Origin: Candidatus Ratteibacteria bacterium
Lineage (GTDB): Bacteria > Ratteibacteria > UBA8468 > B48-G9 > JAFGKM01
Direction of reading: 5' to 3'
Assembly: GCA_046296715.1 (NCBI GenBank)
Contig: JBKBIN010000021.1
Span: forward strand, 1 to 22,590
Length of the DNA stretch: 22,590 nt
Positions 8,445 to 17,682 of the stretch are shown piece after piece; position 1 is the first letter of the stretch; every line of letters begins with the position of its first letter. Under the pieces are notes generated by a model that saw only the letters and a program-made list of their open reading frames with translations, was not told the DNA's origin and did not search any database. Position numbers and translations under genes: made by a program.

Positions 8445-9680
8445 TTATTCTTTAAATTTCTTTAAAACAAGTGTTACATTATGACCTCCAAAACCAAATG
8501 AATTTGATATAGCAACTTCAACTTCTTTTTCCCTTGCTATATTTGGGACATAATCAAGGTCACATTCAGGGTCAGGATATTCATAGTTTATAGTTGGTGG
8601 AATAATATTTGTTTTTATAGTAAGACAGGTGGAAATAAATTCTATTGCTCCTGCTGCTCCAAGGGTGTGCCCTATCATTGATTTTATTGAACTTACAGGT
8701 ATTTTATATGCATTTTGTCCAAAAAGTTTTTTTATTGCTAATGTTTCACTTTTATCATTTAAAGGAGTACTTGTTCCATGAGCATTTATATAGTCAACAT
8801 CTTCTGGATTTATTTTTGCATCTAAAAGTGCATATTTCATTGATAGATAGGCACCATAACCATCTGCATCAGGTGCTGTTATATGATATGCATCACAACT
8901 CATTCCAGCACCAACAAATTCACAATAAATATTGGCATTTCTCTTTTTAGCATGTTCAAGTGATTCAAGAATAACAACTCCTGCTCCTTCTCCCATTACA
9001 AAACCATCTCTTTCTCTATCAAAAGGTCTTGATGCTTTTTGTGGCTGGTCATTTCTCCTTGACAGTGCCTTCATTGAACAAAAACCTGCAAGTCCTAAAG
9101 GTGTTATACATGATTCAGTTCCTCCTGAAATTATTATATCTGCCACTCCGCTTCTTATTAAATTTAAAGAAATGGCAAGAGCATGAGCACCGGATGCACA
9201 AGCACTTACTGTACAAAAATTAACTCCTTTAAAACCATAAAGGATCGCTATGTGACCAGACGCAATATCAGGAATTAACATAGGAATTAGAAAAGGACTT
9301 ACTCTATCAGGACCTTGTTCAAGTAAAATCTTATGCTGCTGCTCAATTATTCTTAATCCGCCGATACCTGCTCCAATTATTACACCTACATTGTTTTTTT
9401 CTTCTTCTGAAAGTTCAAGTCCACTATCCTTAATTGCTTCATTTGTTGCTTTTATTGCAAACTGGACAAATAGATCCATTCTTCTTTTTTCTTTTGGATG
9501 AATATTTTCAAGATTAAAATTTTTAACCTCTGCCCCAATTTGAGTATCATAAGAAGAAACATCAAATGACTTGATTTTATCAACACCTGAAACACCATTA
9601 ATAAGGTTTTCCCATGTAGTTTTCAGATCATTTCCAATAGGTGTAACAAGTCCTAAACCAGTTACAACAACTCTTCTCAT
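8445..9680 (-). CDS. fabF: 3-oxoacyl-ACP synthase II
   Basis: RRVVVTGLG start, SACASG (Cys), YINAHGT and IGHTLGAAG (His-His), [10 protein letters not shown]. Confidence 0.97.
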   Translation of the reverse strand: MRRVVVTGLGLVTPIGNDLKTTWENLINGVSGVDKIKSFDVSSYDTQIGAEVKNFNLENIHPKEKRRMDLFVQFAIKATNEAIKDSGLELSEEEKNNVGVIIGAGIGGLRIIEQQHKILLEQGPDRVSPFLIPMLIPDIASGHIAILYGFKGVNFCTVSACASGAHALAISLNLIRSGVADIIISGGTESCITPLGLAGFCSMKALSRRNDQPQKASRPFDRERDGFVMGEGAGVVILESLEHAKKRNANIYCEFVGAGMSCDAYHITAPDADGYGAYLSMKYALLDAKINPEDVDYINAHGTSTPLNDKSETLAIKKLFGQNAYKIPVSSIKSMIGHTLGAAGAIEFISTCLTIKTNIIPPTINYEYPDPECDLDYVPNIAREKEVEVAISNSFGFGGHNVTLVLKKFKE

Positions 9681-9922
9681 TGTGATTTTCTCTTTTCTAT
9701 ATAATCTATTGCATCTTTAACTGTTTTTATCTTTTCTGCATCTTCATCAGGAATCTCAAGGCCAAATTTCTCCTCAAAATCCATAACAAGTTCAACTGTA
9801 TCAAGAGAATCTGCACCAAGATCTTCAACAAAAGCAGCTTCCTCAGTCACTTCTGATGGATTAATTCCTAATTTTTCAACTACAATATCTTTTATTATTT
9901 TTGCAATTTCTTCTCTTGTCAT
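9677..9922 (-). CDS. acpP: Acyl carrier protein
   Basis: [14 protein letters not shown] phosphopantetheine site; strong AGGAGGAG RBS upstream. Confidence 0.97.
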   Translation of the reverse strand: MTREEIAKIIKDIVVEKLGINPSEVTEEAAFVEDLGADSLDTVELVMDFEEKFGLEIPDEDAEKIKTVKDAIDYIEKRKSQ

Positions 9923-9951
9923 CGTCTCCTCCTTTCTTGTTCACTTTAAAT

Positions 9952-10683
9952 TTACATTACAAGTCCACCATCTATTCTAAAAACCTGTCCTGTTATATAG
10001 TTTGCCTTTTCAGAAGAAAGAAAATATACAAGTTCTGCCACTTCTTCAGGTGTCCCAAACCTACCAAGAGGAATAGATTTCAACATTTCATCCTTTATTC
10101 TATCAGGTAAATTTTCAGTCATCTTTGTTAATATATACCCTGGAGCGACAGCATTTACATTTATACCAGCTCTTGCAAATTCTTTTGCACAAGTCTTTGT
10201 CAAAGCTATAAGTCCTGCTTTTGATGCTGAATAATTTGCTTGTCCAATATTACCAATTTCTCCTATAATTGACGCTATATTAATTATCTTCCCTTTTTTC
10301 TGTTTATACATAATCTGACCAATTATTTTACTACATAAAAAAGCACCTTTCAAGTTTACATTCAAAACTTCATCCCATTCCATTTCAGACATTCTAAAAA
10401 TTAGTTTATCCCTTGTAATTCCTGCATTATTTATAAGAATATCTATCCTTCCCCATCTTTCTAAAATTTCTTTGACGCCTTTTTCAATTTCATGTTGATT
10501 AGTTATGTCAATCTTCATAGAAATTGTTTCAACACCTTTTTCTCTCAATGAATTTTCAAACTCCTGGTCAATAAAAATATCCCATAGAACAAGTTTTGCA
10601 TTATCATTACCAAATTTATTTGCAAGTGCCTTTCCAATTCCACCAAAAGCCCCTGTTATTAAAACTACCTTGTCTTTAAACAT
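9952..10683 (-). CDS. fabG: 3-oxoacyl-ACP reductase
   Basis: [27 protein letters not shown] (YxxxK); position in the fab cluster. Confidence 0.95.
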   Translation of the reverse strand: MFKDKVVLITGAFGGIGKALANKFGNDNAKLVLWDIFIDQEFENSLREKGVETISMKIDITNQHEIEKGVKEILERWGRIDILINNAGITRDKLIFRMSEMEWDEVLNVNLKGAFLCSKIIGQIMYKQKKGKIINIASIIGEIGNIGQANYSASKAGLIALTKTCAKEFARAGINVNAVAPGYILTKMTENLPDRIKDEMLKSIPLGRFGTPEEVAELVYFLSSEKANYITGQVFRIDGGLVM

Positions 10684-11611
10684 ATCTATTCTCCTTTAAA
10701 AAAGTGTAAATTTCTTGAAAAGTCTTCTGATTTTCAATATTAAAAGATGGAATATTTGGAACAATTGTTTCTATAAGTTTTTTTAATACATTTTTCGGGC
10801 CTATTTCAATAAAACAATCAACACCATCTTTTACCATATTTTCAACTGTTTCAACCCATCTTACAGGACTATACAATTGTTTTAAAAGCCCCTCTTTTAT
10901 TTCCTCTTTATCATATGTTTTCTTTGCTGAATAATTTAAATATACAGGTATCTCAGAATTTTTAAAACTGATTTTTTCTAATTCTTTTTCCATTTTCTCT
11001 GATGCTTGTTTCATATATTTTGTGTGAAATGGTCCACTAACTTTTAAAAAAATTGCTTTAATTCTTTTATCTTTAAGATATTTTTCCAATTTTTCAAGTT
11101 CACTTTTTATACCACCAACAATAATCTGTTTATAAGAGTTTATATTAGAAACCTCTATATCATTAAAATTTTTGATTATATCTTCAACTTCTCTCAAAGA
11201 AATTCCCAAAATAGCAAGGAGTGAACCATCTATTTTTTGTGAAATTTCATCCATTATCTGAGCCCTTCTTTTAACAAGATAAAAACCCTCTTCAATTGAA
11301 AAAACATTACCTGCACATAAAGCAGTGTATTCTCCCAAACTATGTCCTGCTAAACATAAAGGAATTATTCCTGTTTTATCCTTAAAATATTTCCAGCAAA
11401 TTAAACTTACACCAAATACAGATGGTTGACAATATAATGTTCTTGTCAATTCTTCAATGGGTCCATTGTAAATTTTTTCTATAATTGGTAAACCTGTAAT
11501 TTTTTCCCCAATTTCAAGTATTTCTCTATATTTACTTTCTTCTTCTATTATTTCTTTACCCATACCAACATATTGAGATGCCTGTCCAGGAAAAACAATT
11601 CCTATTCTCAT
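10676..11611 (-). CDS. fabD: Malonyl-CoA:ACP transacylase
   Basis: VFPGQASQ, GHSLGEY, VSGPFH, SPVRW, EIGP. Start set at ATG 11611 (MRIGIVF), which overlaps the fabH stop as ATGA. Confidence 0.95.
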   Translation of the reverse strand: MRIGIVFPGQASQYVGMGKEIIEEESKYREILEIGEKITGLPIIEKIYNGPIEELTRTLYCQPSVFGVSLICWKYFKDKTGIIPLCLAGHSLGEYTALCAGNVFSIEEGFYLVKRRAQIMDEISQKIDGSLLAILGISLREVEDIIKNFNDIEVSNINSYKQIIVGGIKSELEKLEKYLKDKRIKAIFLKVSGPFHTKYMKQASEKMEKELEKISFKNSEIPVYLNYSAKKTYDKEEIKEGLLKQLYSPVRWVETVENMVKDGVDCFIEIGPKNVLKKLIETIVPNIPSFNIENQKTFQEIYTFLKENRYV

Positions 11612-12588
11612 TTTACCCACCTTATTAAATTTGCTGCCCATGTTAGTCCTGCTCCAAAAGCAACTGTAATTACTAAATCACCCTTTTTTATTCTTCCATT
11701 TTTTGCTGCTTCATCAAGTGCAATAGGAACACAGGCAGCCGACATGTTGCCATATTTTTCAATATTTATAAAAAACTTTTCAATTGGAATTTCAAGATTT
11801 TTAGCAACACCTGCTATAATTCTTAAATTTGCTTGATGGGGAATAATAATTGATATATCCTCTTTTTTTATTTTATTTTTTTCTAATATTTTCAATACTG
11901 ATTCACTCATTGAATAAATTGCTATCTTAAAAAGGGTAGAACCTTCCATCTTCATAAAATTTTCTCTTTTTTCAATTGTTTCAAAACTTGATGATTTTAA
12001 AGAACCACCTCCAGGAACAAATAAAAGATTTTCATATTTTCCATTTGATGAAAGATATGAATCAATTATACCATTTTCTTCACTTTCACTCACAATCGCT
12101 GCACCAGCACCATCTCCAAGCAAAACACAGGTGCTTCTATCTGTATAATCAGTAAGACGACTCATACATTCAGAAGCAACAACTAAACCTTTTTTATATC
12201 CACACCCTTGAATTAAACCTTTTGCTATTTCCAAACCATATATAAAACCTGAACAGGCTGCTTGAAAATCAAAAGAAGGAACATTTTCAAGACCAAGTTT
12301 CTTTTGGATAATACATGCAGTAGATGGGAAATACATATCTGGAGTTATTGTAGCACAGATTATAAACTCAATATCTTCTTTTTTTATACCTGCATCTTTT
12401 ATTGCATTCAAAGATGCTTCTAAACCTAAATCTGATGCTCCTTTCCCTTTTGGGCATATTCTTCTTTCTTTAATACCGGTTCTTGTAATTATCCATTCAT
12501 CACTTGTATCAACCATATTTTCTAAATCAAAATTTGTAAGTTTTAAATCAGGCAAATATGAACCAGTTCCAATTATTGCAACTCCCAT
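11608..12588 (-). CDS. fabH: 3-oxoacyl-ACP synthase III
   Basis: DTSDEWIITRTGI, AACSGF (Cys), PHQAN (His), YGNMSAA (Asn), FGAGLTW. Confidence 0.96.
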   Translation of the reverse strand: MGVAIIGTGSYLPDLKLTNFDLENMVDTSDEWIITRTGIKERRICPKGKGASDLGLEASLNAIKDAGIKKEDIEFIICATITPDMYFPSTACIIQKKLGLENVPSFDFQAACSGFIYGLEIAKGLIQGCGYKKGLVVASECMSRLTDYTDRSTCVLLGDGAGAAIVSESEENGIIDSYLSSNGKYENLLFVPGGGSLKSSSFETIEKRENFMKMEGSTLFKIAIYSMSESVLKILEKNKIKKEDISIIIPHQANLRIIAGVAKNLEIPIEKFFINIEKYGNMSAACVPIALDEAAKNGRIKKGDLVITVAFGAGLTWAANLIRWVK

Positions 12589-13565
12589 TTTAACTCTTTT
12601 ATCCTTTCATAAAAATTTGACATGACTATTTTTTCACCGAGTTTTATAGCATTATAAATTGCTCTTGGACTGCTTCTACCATGGCTTATTATTACATTAC
12701 CATTTACACCAAGCAAAATACCTCCACCATATTCAGCATAATCTGCTTTTTTTGCAAATTCTCTTAAATTTTTCTTTATTAAAAAAGTACCTATTTTACC
12801 AAAAAAACCTTTCATTAATTCCCTAATTAAAATAGTTCTAAAAGATCTTGTTATTCCCTCTGATGTTTTTAAAACAATATTTCCTGTAAATCCATCTGTT
12901 ACAATTAAATCTGCTTTTCCTGTGAATATTTCATGCCCTTCTATATTACCAACAAAATTAATTGTTGAATTTTCCTTTAAAAGTTTGTATGCTTGTTTTC
13001 TTAAATCATCTCCTTTTGTTTCTTCTTCTCCTACATTTAATAATGCTACCTTTGGATTATTAATATTAAAAACAATCTTAGCATAAAAAAAACCCATTAT
13101 GGCTGACTGTAATAAATGGTATGGTTTTGGATTAACATTTGCTCCTGCATCTAAAAAAATAGTAGTTCCTCCTGTAATATTAGGGAATAAGACAGCAATT
13201 GATGGCCTTTCAATCCCTTCAATCATCCCAAGTTCTGAAATAGCAAGAGATACAAAAGCAGCAGTATTTCCAGCACTTAAAGATATATCAACTTTTTTTT
13301 CTTTCTGCATCTGTAAAACAACTTTCATACTTGTATTTCTCTTTAAAAGAGAGGTCGAAACTTTTTCATTCATTTCTACAAAATCAGAGCAGTTAACAAT
13401 TTCAAACTCTTTTCTTTCTTTTTTTAAAATTTTTTTTATTTTTTCTTCATCGCCAATTAAATAAACCTTAAAATTTTCTTGCTTAATGAATTCACAACCT
13501 TTAACTGGTGATAAAGGAGCATTATCTCCTCCCATTGCATCAAGAGCAAGTTTAATCTTTCTCAT
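12573..13565 (-). CDS. plsX: Phosphate acyltransferase PlsX
   Basis: LALDAMGGDNAP, SAGNT, LDAGAN, LLNVGEEETKG, VTDGFTGNIVLKTSEG, HGRS. Confidence 0.96.
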   Translation of the reverse strand: MRKIKLALDAMGGDNAPLSPVKGCEFIKQENFKVYLIGDEEKIKKILKKERKEFEIVNCSDFVEMNEKVSTSLLKRNTSMKVVLQMQKEKKVDISLSAGNTAAFVSLAISELGMIEGIERPSIAVLFPNITGGTTIFLDAGANVNPKPYHLLQSAIMGFFYAKIVFNINNPKVALLNVGEEETKGDDLRKQAYKLLKENSTINFVGNIEGHEIFTGKADLIVTDGFTGNIVLKTSEGITRSFRTILIRELMKGFFGKIGTFLIKKNLREFAKKADYAEYGGGILLGVNGNVIISHGRSSPRAIYNAIKLGEKIVMSNFYERIKELKWELQ

Positions 13566-13747
13566 TTTGAACTCTCTACTTTAATAACCTGACTTCCTTT
13601 ATAATAACCACAAACCTGACATACAAAATGAGGTAGTTTTATTGCTCCACAATTTGAACATTTAGTTAATGTTACACTTCTAACTTTTTTACTACTTCTT
13701 CTTTTACCAGTTCTTGATTTTGAATGTCTTCTCTTCGGATTTGGCAT
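13562..13747 (-). CDS. rpmF: 50S ribosomal protein L32 (zinc-binding form)
   Basis: MPNPKRRHSKSR start, CSNC...PH..CQVCGYY; AAGGAGG RBS inside the last codons of coaD; directly upstream of plsX. Confidence 0.95.
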   Translation of the reverse strand: MPNPKRRHSKSRTGKRRSSKKVRSVTLTKCSNCGAIKLPHFVCQVCGYYKGSQVIKVESSK

Positions 13748-13749
13748 TT

Positions 13750-14235
13750 TTAACCTCCTTGAAATTTTTTTCTTAGAGCTTTTTCAACATTTTTAGGGAC
13801 AAAACATGATACACTTCCATTTAATTTGGCTATTTCTTTTACAATTGAAGAACTTATGTAAAAATATTCTTCTCGTGGCATCAAAAATATTGTTTCAATT
13901 TCTTTATTTAATTTTCTATTAATCAAAACCATCTGAAATTCATAATCAAAATCACTAATCGCTCTAAGTCCTCTTATAACTATTTTAATATTCTTTTTTT
14001 TCAAATAATCAACAAGCAAACCATTAAAACTTTCAACTTTTACAGATTCATTATTTTTAAAAACTTCTCTTATCAAGTTAATCCTCTCTTCAATGGTGAA
14101 TAAAAAGTCCTTTCTTTTAAACTCACTAACTGCAATAATAACCTCATCAACAATTTTTAAACTTCTTTCAACAACGTCTATATGTCCATAAGTAATAGGG
14201 TCAAAAGTTCCAGGATAAACACCTATCTTTTTCAT
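13750..14235 (-). CDS. coaD: Pantetheine-phosphate adenylyltransferase
   Basis: YPGTFDPITYGH, IRGLRAISDFDYE, ISSSIVKE. Start set at ATG 14235 (MKKIGVYPG), overlapping the rsmD stop as ATGA. Confidence 0.96.
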   Translation of the reverse strand: MKKIGVYPGTFDPITYGHIDVVERSLKIVDEVIIAVSEFKRKDFLFTIEERINLIREVFKNNESVKVESFNGLLVDYLKKKNIKIVIRGLRAISDFDYEFQMVLINRKLNKEIETIFLMPREEYFYISSSIVKEIAKLNGSVSCFVPKNVEKALRKKFQGG

Positions 14236-14783
14236 TTTATTCTCCTTAAATATGTCAAGCAAGTTTTTCCATATTTCCTTTTTTTTATAATTTCATACCC
14301 TTCAATTAGAGGCACTTCTTTTTTATAATTATGTTCAATTACCATAATTCCATCTTTTTTTAAAACATTCAATTTTCTTATTTTTTCAATAATTCTTTGA
14401 AGTTTTGAAATTGAAAATTCATAAGGAGGGTCTCCTATTACTAAATTATACTTTATATTTGCAAGTTTCTCTATTTCAAATTCACAATCACCCTTTAAAA
14501 TTTCACATTTATTTTCTATCCCCAAATTTTTTATATTTTCTTTTATCACTTCAACTCCCTTTTTATCTTTTTCAATAAATATAACCTTTTCTGCACCATG
14601 ACTAATTGCTTCAATACCAAGTATTCCACTTCCGGCAAATATCTCAACTACTTTTTTATCTACTATCCATTCTCTTAAAGTATCAAAAATTGCTTCTCTA
14701 ACAACATCTTTAGTTGGTCTAATATCTTTATTTTTAATAAATTTTAATTTTCTTCCTTTATAGATACCGCTTATAACTCTCAT
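14232..14783 (-). CDS. rsmD: 16S rRNA m2G966 methyltransferase
   Basis: MRVISGIYKGR, RPTKDVVREAIF, FAGSGILGIEA, DPPY; classic rsmD-coaD pair. Confidence 0.94.
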   Translation of the reverse strand: MRVISGIYKGRKLKFIKNKDIRPTKDVVREAIFDTLREWIVDKKVVEIFAGSGILGIEAISHGAEKVIFIEKDKKGVEVIKENIKNLGIENKCEILKGDCEFEIEKLANIKYNLVIGDPPYEFSISKLQRIIEKIRKLNVLKKDGIMVIEHNYKKEVPLIEGYEIIKKRKYGKTCLTYLRRIK

Positions 14784-15667
14784 ATTTTAAGTCGCAAAGA
14801 ACTTCTTTTCAACCAGTCAACAACAATTGCAGAAGCAATAAAAATAGAGGAATATGTTCCAAAAATAATTCCAAACAAAAGACAGAAAGAGAAAGTATTT
14901 AAAGTTTCTCCTCCAAAAAAGAAAAGACATAAAACGACAAAAATAGTTGTTAAACCAGTTAAAATGGTTCTACTTAATGTTTCATTTATACTTTTATTAA
15001 ATAGTGCTACATAATCAGTACTTCTTGTTTTTCTTAAATTTTCTCTAATTCTATCAAATACAACAACTGTATCGTTAACTGAATAACCAATAATTGTAAG
15101 TAAAGCAGCAATAACCATACCATCAATCTGTTTCCCACTTATAACTAAAATTGAAAGAACTGCCAGGATATCATGAAATAAAGCAACTACAGCACCAACA
15201 GCAAATTTGAACTCAAATCTTATTGTTAAATAGACTAATATCCCACCAAGTCCTATCAAAAATGCTTTTATTGCTTTTTTTCTCAAACTTATACTCATTG
15301 AAGGAGATATTATAGATTTACTCTTAACTATAAAATCTTCTCCAAAATTATTCTTTAATTTTTCAAGAACTAAATCAGAAGTTTTTTGAGGCAATCTTAT
15401 AATATAATTTTTACCTTCTATTCCTAATTCCTGAACAGTAAAAGAACCGATATTTTCTTGTGCAATAATTTTTCTTAAACTTACAACATCTATTTTTTGT
15501 CTGAATTCAATATTTATTAAATCGCCTCCAACAAAATCAACTCCAAAATTTTTTTCACCTCTGATTATCATAAACGGAATACCCAGAATTATTATTAATA
15601 AGGAGAAAAAGTAAAAAATTTTCCTTCTTCCCATAAAATTAAAATTCGGCTTTTTTATCAGTTCCAT
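14780..15667 (-). CDS. secF: Protein translocase subunit SecF
   Basis: GVDFVGG, HD in a TM segment, GYSVNDTVVVFDRIRE, TLSRT, GTYSSIFIA. Confidence 0.95.
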   Translation of the reverse strand: MELIKKPNFNFMGRRKIFYFFSLLIIILGIPFMIIRGEKNFGVDFVGGDLINIEFRQKIDVVSLRKIIAQENIGSFTVQELGIEGKNYIIRLPQKTSDLVLEKLKNNFGEDFIVKSKSIISPSMSISLRKKAIKAFLIGLGGILVYLTIRFEFKFAVGAVVALFHDILAVLSILVISGKQIDGMVIAALLTIIGYSVNDTVVVFDRIRENLRKTRSTDYVALFNKSINETLSRTILTGLTTIFVVLCLFFFGGETLNTFSFCLLFGIIFGTYSSIFIASAIVVDWLKRSSLRLKI

Positions 15668-15669
15668 TT

Positions 15670-16989
15670 TTATATCCTTAACTTTTCTACCTTTCTACTG
15701 ATAATAATCCAATCAACTATAACTTTTGTAACAAACACAGCTGTAAATAAATTTGCAATAATTCCTATACTTAAAGTTAATCCAAATCCTTTTATTGCTC
15801 CCTCTCCAAAAATAAAAAGGACAAATCCTGTTATTAAAGTTGTTATATTTGAATCAATTATTGCAGTCCATGCCCTATGATAACCAGCATCAATACTTGC
15901 CTTAGGAGATTTGCCTGCCTTTAACTCTTCTCTAATCCTTTCAAAAATTAAAATATTCGCATCAACTGCCATTCCGCATGTTAAAGCAATACCAGCAATT
16001 CCAGGTAAAGTTAAAACACCTTTTATTCCTGCCATTACTCCAAGTAAAATTAAGATATTTAAAGCAAGAGCAAAATCAGCAAGTAATCCAAAATAAAGAT
16101 AATAAAAAACCATAAAAATTAAAACTATAATTGCTCCATACAAAGATGCTCTAAAACCTTTTTGTACTGATTCCTTTCCAAGAGCAGGTCCAATCACTTC
16201 TTGATAAATTATATTTAATTTTGCAGGCAATGCACCAGATCTTAAAACAATTGCGAGTTCCCTTGCTTCATCCATAGTAAATTTTCCAGTTATAACTGCT
16301 TTACCTTCCGGGATTCTTTCCCTTATTTGAGGTGCACTTTTTATAACTCCATCAAGAACTATTGCAAGTCGTTTCCCAACATTTTTTCCAGTAACTTCTT
16401 CAAAAATCTTTGCACCTTCTTTATCAAGGACTAAATTTACATCAGGAAAACCAGTTCTATCATAACCAACATAGGCATCAACTATGTATTTTCCAGTTAA
16501 TTCTGGCTGACTTTTAAGAAGAAGTGGATGTGTGTCTCTATAAATTCCTCTTTCATCTTTTTCTTTTAAATACAACAACTCGTAACCTTCTGGAATATTT
16601 CCTTCTAATGCCTGCTTATAAAGATTTTCATCATCTATAACAAGTTTAAACTCTAAAAGTGCTGTTTTACCAATAATGTCAATTGCTTTCTCTGGATTTT
16701 TTACACCTGGTAAATCAACTATTATACGATTTGTTCCTTCTTTTTGAATTACAGGTTCAGTTACACCAAGTGCATCTACTCTATTCCTAATAATCTCAAG
16801 TGCCCTTTCTGTCAAATCAGAAATAGATTTTTCTTCAACATTTTCCTTTTCAACCTCAAGAACAACATGAATTCCACCTTGTAAATCAAGTCCTTTTTTC
16901 ATCTTTTTTTCAGGTGGGTAAAATAAATAAAAACAGATTCCTATAACTACAATAATAATCCCAAACTTTATATAAAATTGTGTTTTCAT
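15670..16989 (-). CDS. secD: Protein translocase subunit SecD
   Basis: GLDLQGG, RNRVDALGVTEP, LAIVLDG, LRSGALP, TLPGIAG, GMAVDANILIFERIREE. Confidence 0.95.
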   Translation of the reverse strand: MKTQFYIKFGIIIVVIGICFYLFYPPEKKMKKGLDLQGGIHVVLEVEKENVEEKSISDLTERALEIIRNRVDALGVTEPVIQKEGTNRIIVDLPGVKNPEKAIDIIGKTALLEFKLVIDDENLYKQALEGNIPEGYELLYLKEKDERGIYRDTHPLLLKSQPELTGKYIVDAYVGYDRTGFPDVNLVLDKEGAKIFEEVTGKNVGKRLAIVLDGVIKSAPQIRERIPEGKAVITGKFTMDEARELAIVLRSGALPAKLNIIYQEVIGPALGKESVQKGFRASLYGAIIVLIFMVFYYLYFGLLADFALALNILILLGVMAGIKGVLTLPGIAGIALTCGMAVDANILIFERIREELKAGKSPKASIDAGYHRAWTAIIDSNITTLITGFVLFIFGEGAIKGFGLTLSIGIIANLFTAVFVTKVIVDWIIISRKVEKLRI

Positions 16990-17366
16990 TTTTTATATAC
17001 CTTTTCTGGTTCAAATATTTTTTCTTTTACTATTTTAAACTTTCCATCTTCATATTTTCTGAAAAAACAAGTATAATATCCCTGATGGCAAGCGCCTCCT
17101 TTCTGTTCAACTTTAAAAAGTAAAGTATCGCCATCACAATCAATATAGAATTCTCTAACGAATTGATAATTACCAGATTCTTCTCCTTTTAACCATAATT
17201 TTTTTCTACTTCTACTGTAGTAATGCATCTTCCCTGTTGTTAATGTCTTTTCAAGTGATTCTCTATTCATCCAAGCAACCATTAAAAGTTCTCCTTTCAT
17301 ATCACAAACTACACATACACATAAACCATTTTCATCAAATTTTATTGATTCAAAAATTTCTTCCAT
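16986..17366 (-). CDS. hisI: Phosphoribosyl-AMP cyclohydrolase (stand-alone, no HisE domain)
   Basis: YYSRSRKKLWLKGEESG, DCDGD, ACHQGYYTCF. Confidence 0.95.
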   Translation of the reverse strand: MEEIFESIKFDENGLCVCVVCDMKGELLMVAWMNRESLEKTLTTGKMHYYSRSRKKLWLKGEESGNYQFVREFYIDCDGDTLLFKVEQKGGACHQGYYTCFFRKYEDGKFKIVKEKIFEPEKVYKK

Positions 17367-17376
17367 TTTACAATAA

Positions 17377-17405
17377 ATTTTATAATATTCTTAAAACATT
17401 TACAA
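17377..17405 (-). promoter_or_regulatory. Putative sigma70 promoter for hisI and downstream genes
   Basis: Minus strand TTGTAA (17405-17400), 17-nt spacer, TAAAAT (17382-17377), only 10 nt before the hisI ATG. The AT-rich background lowers confidence. Confidence 0.55.
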
Positions 17406-17415
17406 AAATTAAACA

Positions 17416-17682
17416 ATGAAAAATAAAGATAACATAAAAAAACAATTATGGCAAATTTTATTGGAAATCCCTATCGGTAAAACTATGAGTTATTCTAAAC
17501 TGAGTGAAAAATTAAAACTACCAAAAAAAACCAGATATATATCAAATTTACTTAAAGAAAATCCCTATCCTATTTCAATCCCATGCCACAGAGTAATACA
17601 TAAAAATGGAAAAATAGGAAAATATATCTGGGGAGAAAATTTTAAAAAATTTTTACTTGAGTGGGAAAAACTATTTAAATAA
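17416..17682 (+). CDS. Minimal O6-alkylguanine-DNA alkyltransferase (MGMT/Ogt C-terminal domain only)
   Basis: IPIGKTMSY helix-turn-helix start, NPYPISIPCHRVI active-site motif, C-terminal K..LL..E. Confidence 0.88.
   Translation: MKNKDNIKKQLWQILLEIPIGKTMSYSKLSEKLKLPKKTRYISNLLKENPYPISIPCHRVIHKNGKIGKYIWGENFKKFLLEWEKLFK

Noticed and set aside
11612..11641. Longer N-terminus for fabD given by the ORF track
   Set aside because: It overlaps fabH by 34 bp; ATG 11611 gives the typical FabD start and an ATGA coupling.
14236..14262. Longer N-terminus for coaD given by the ORF track
   Set aside because: It lies inside rsmD; ATG 14235 gives the typical CoaD start and an ATGA coupling.
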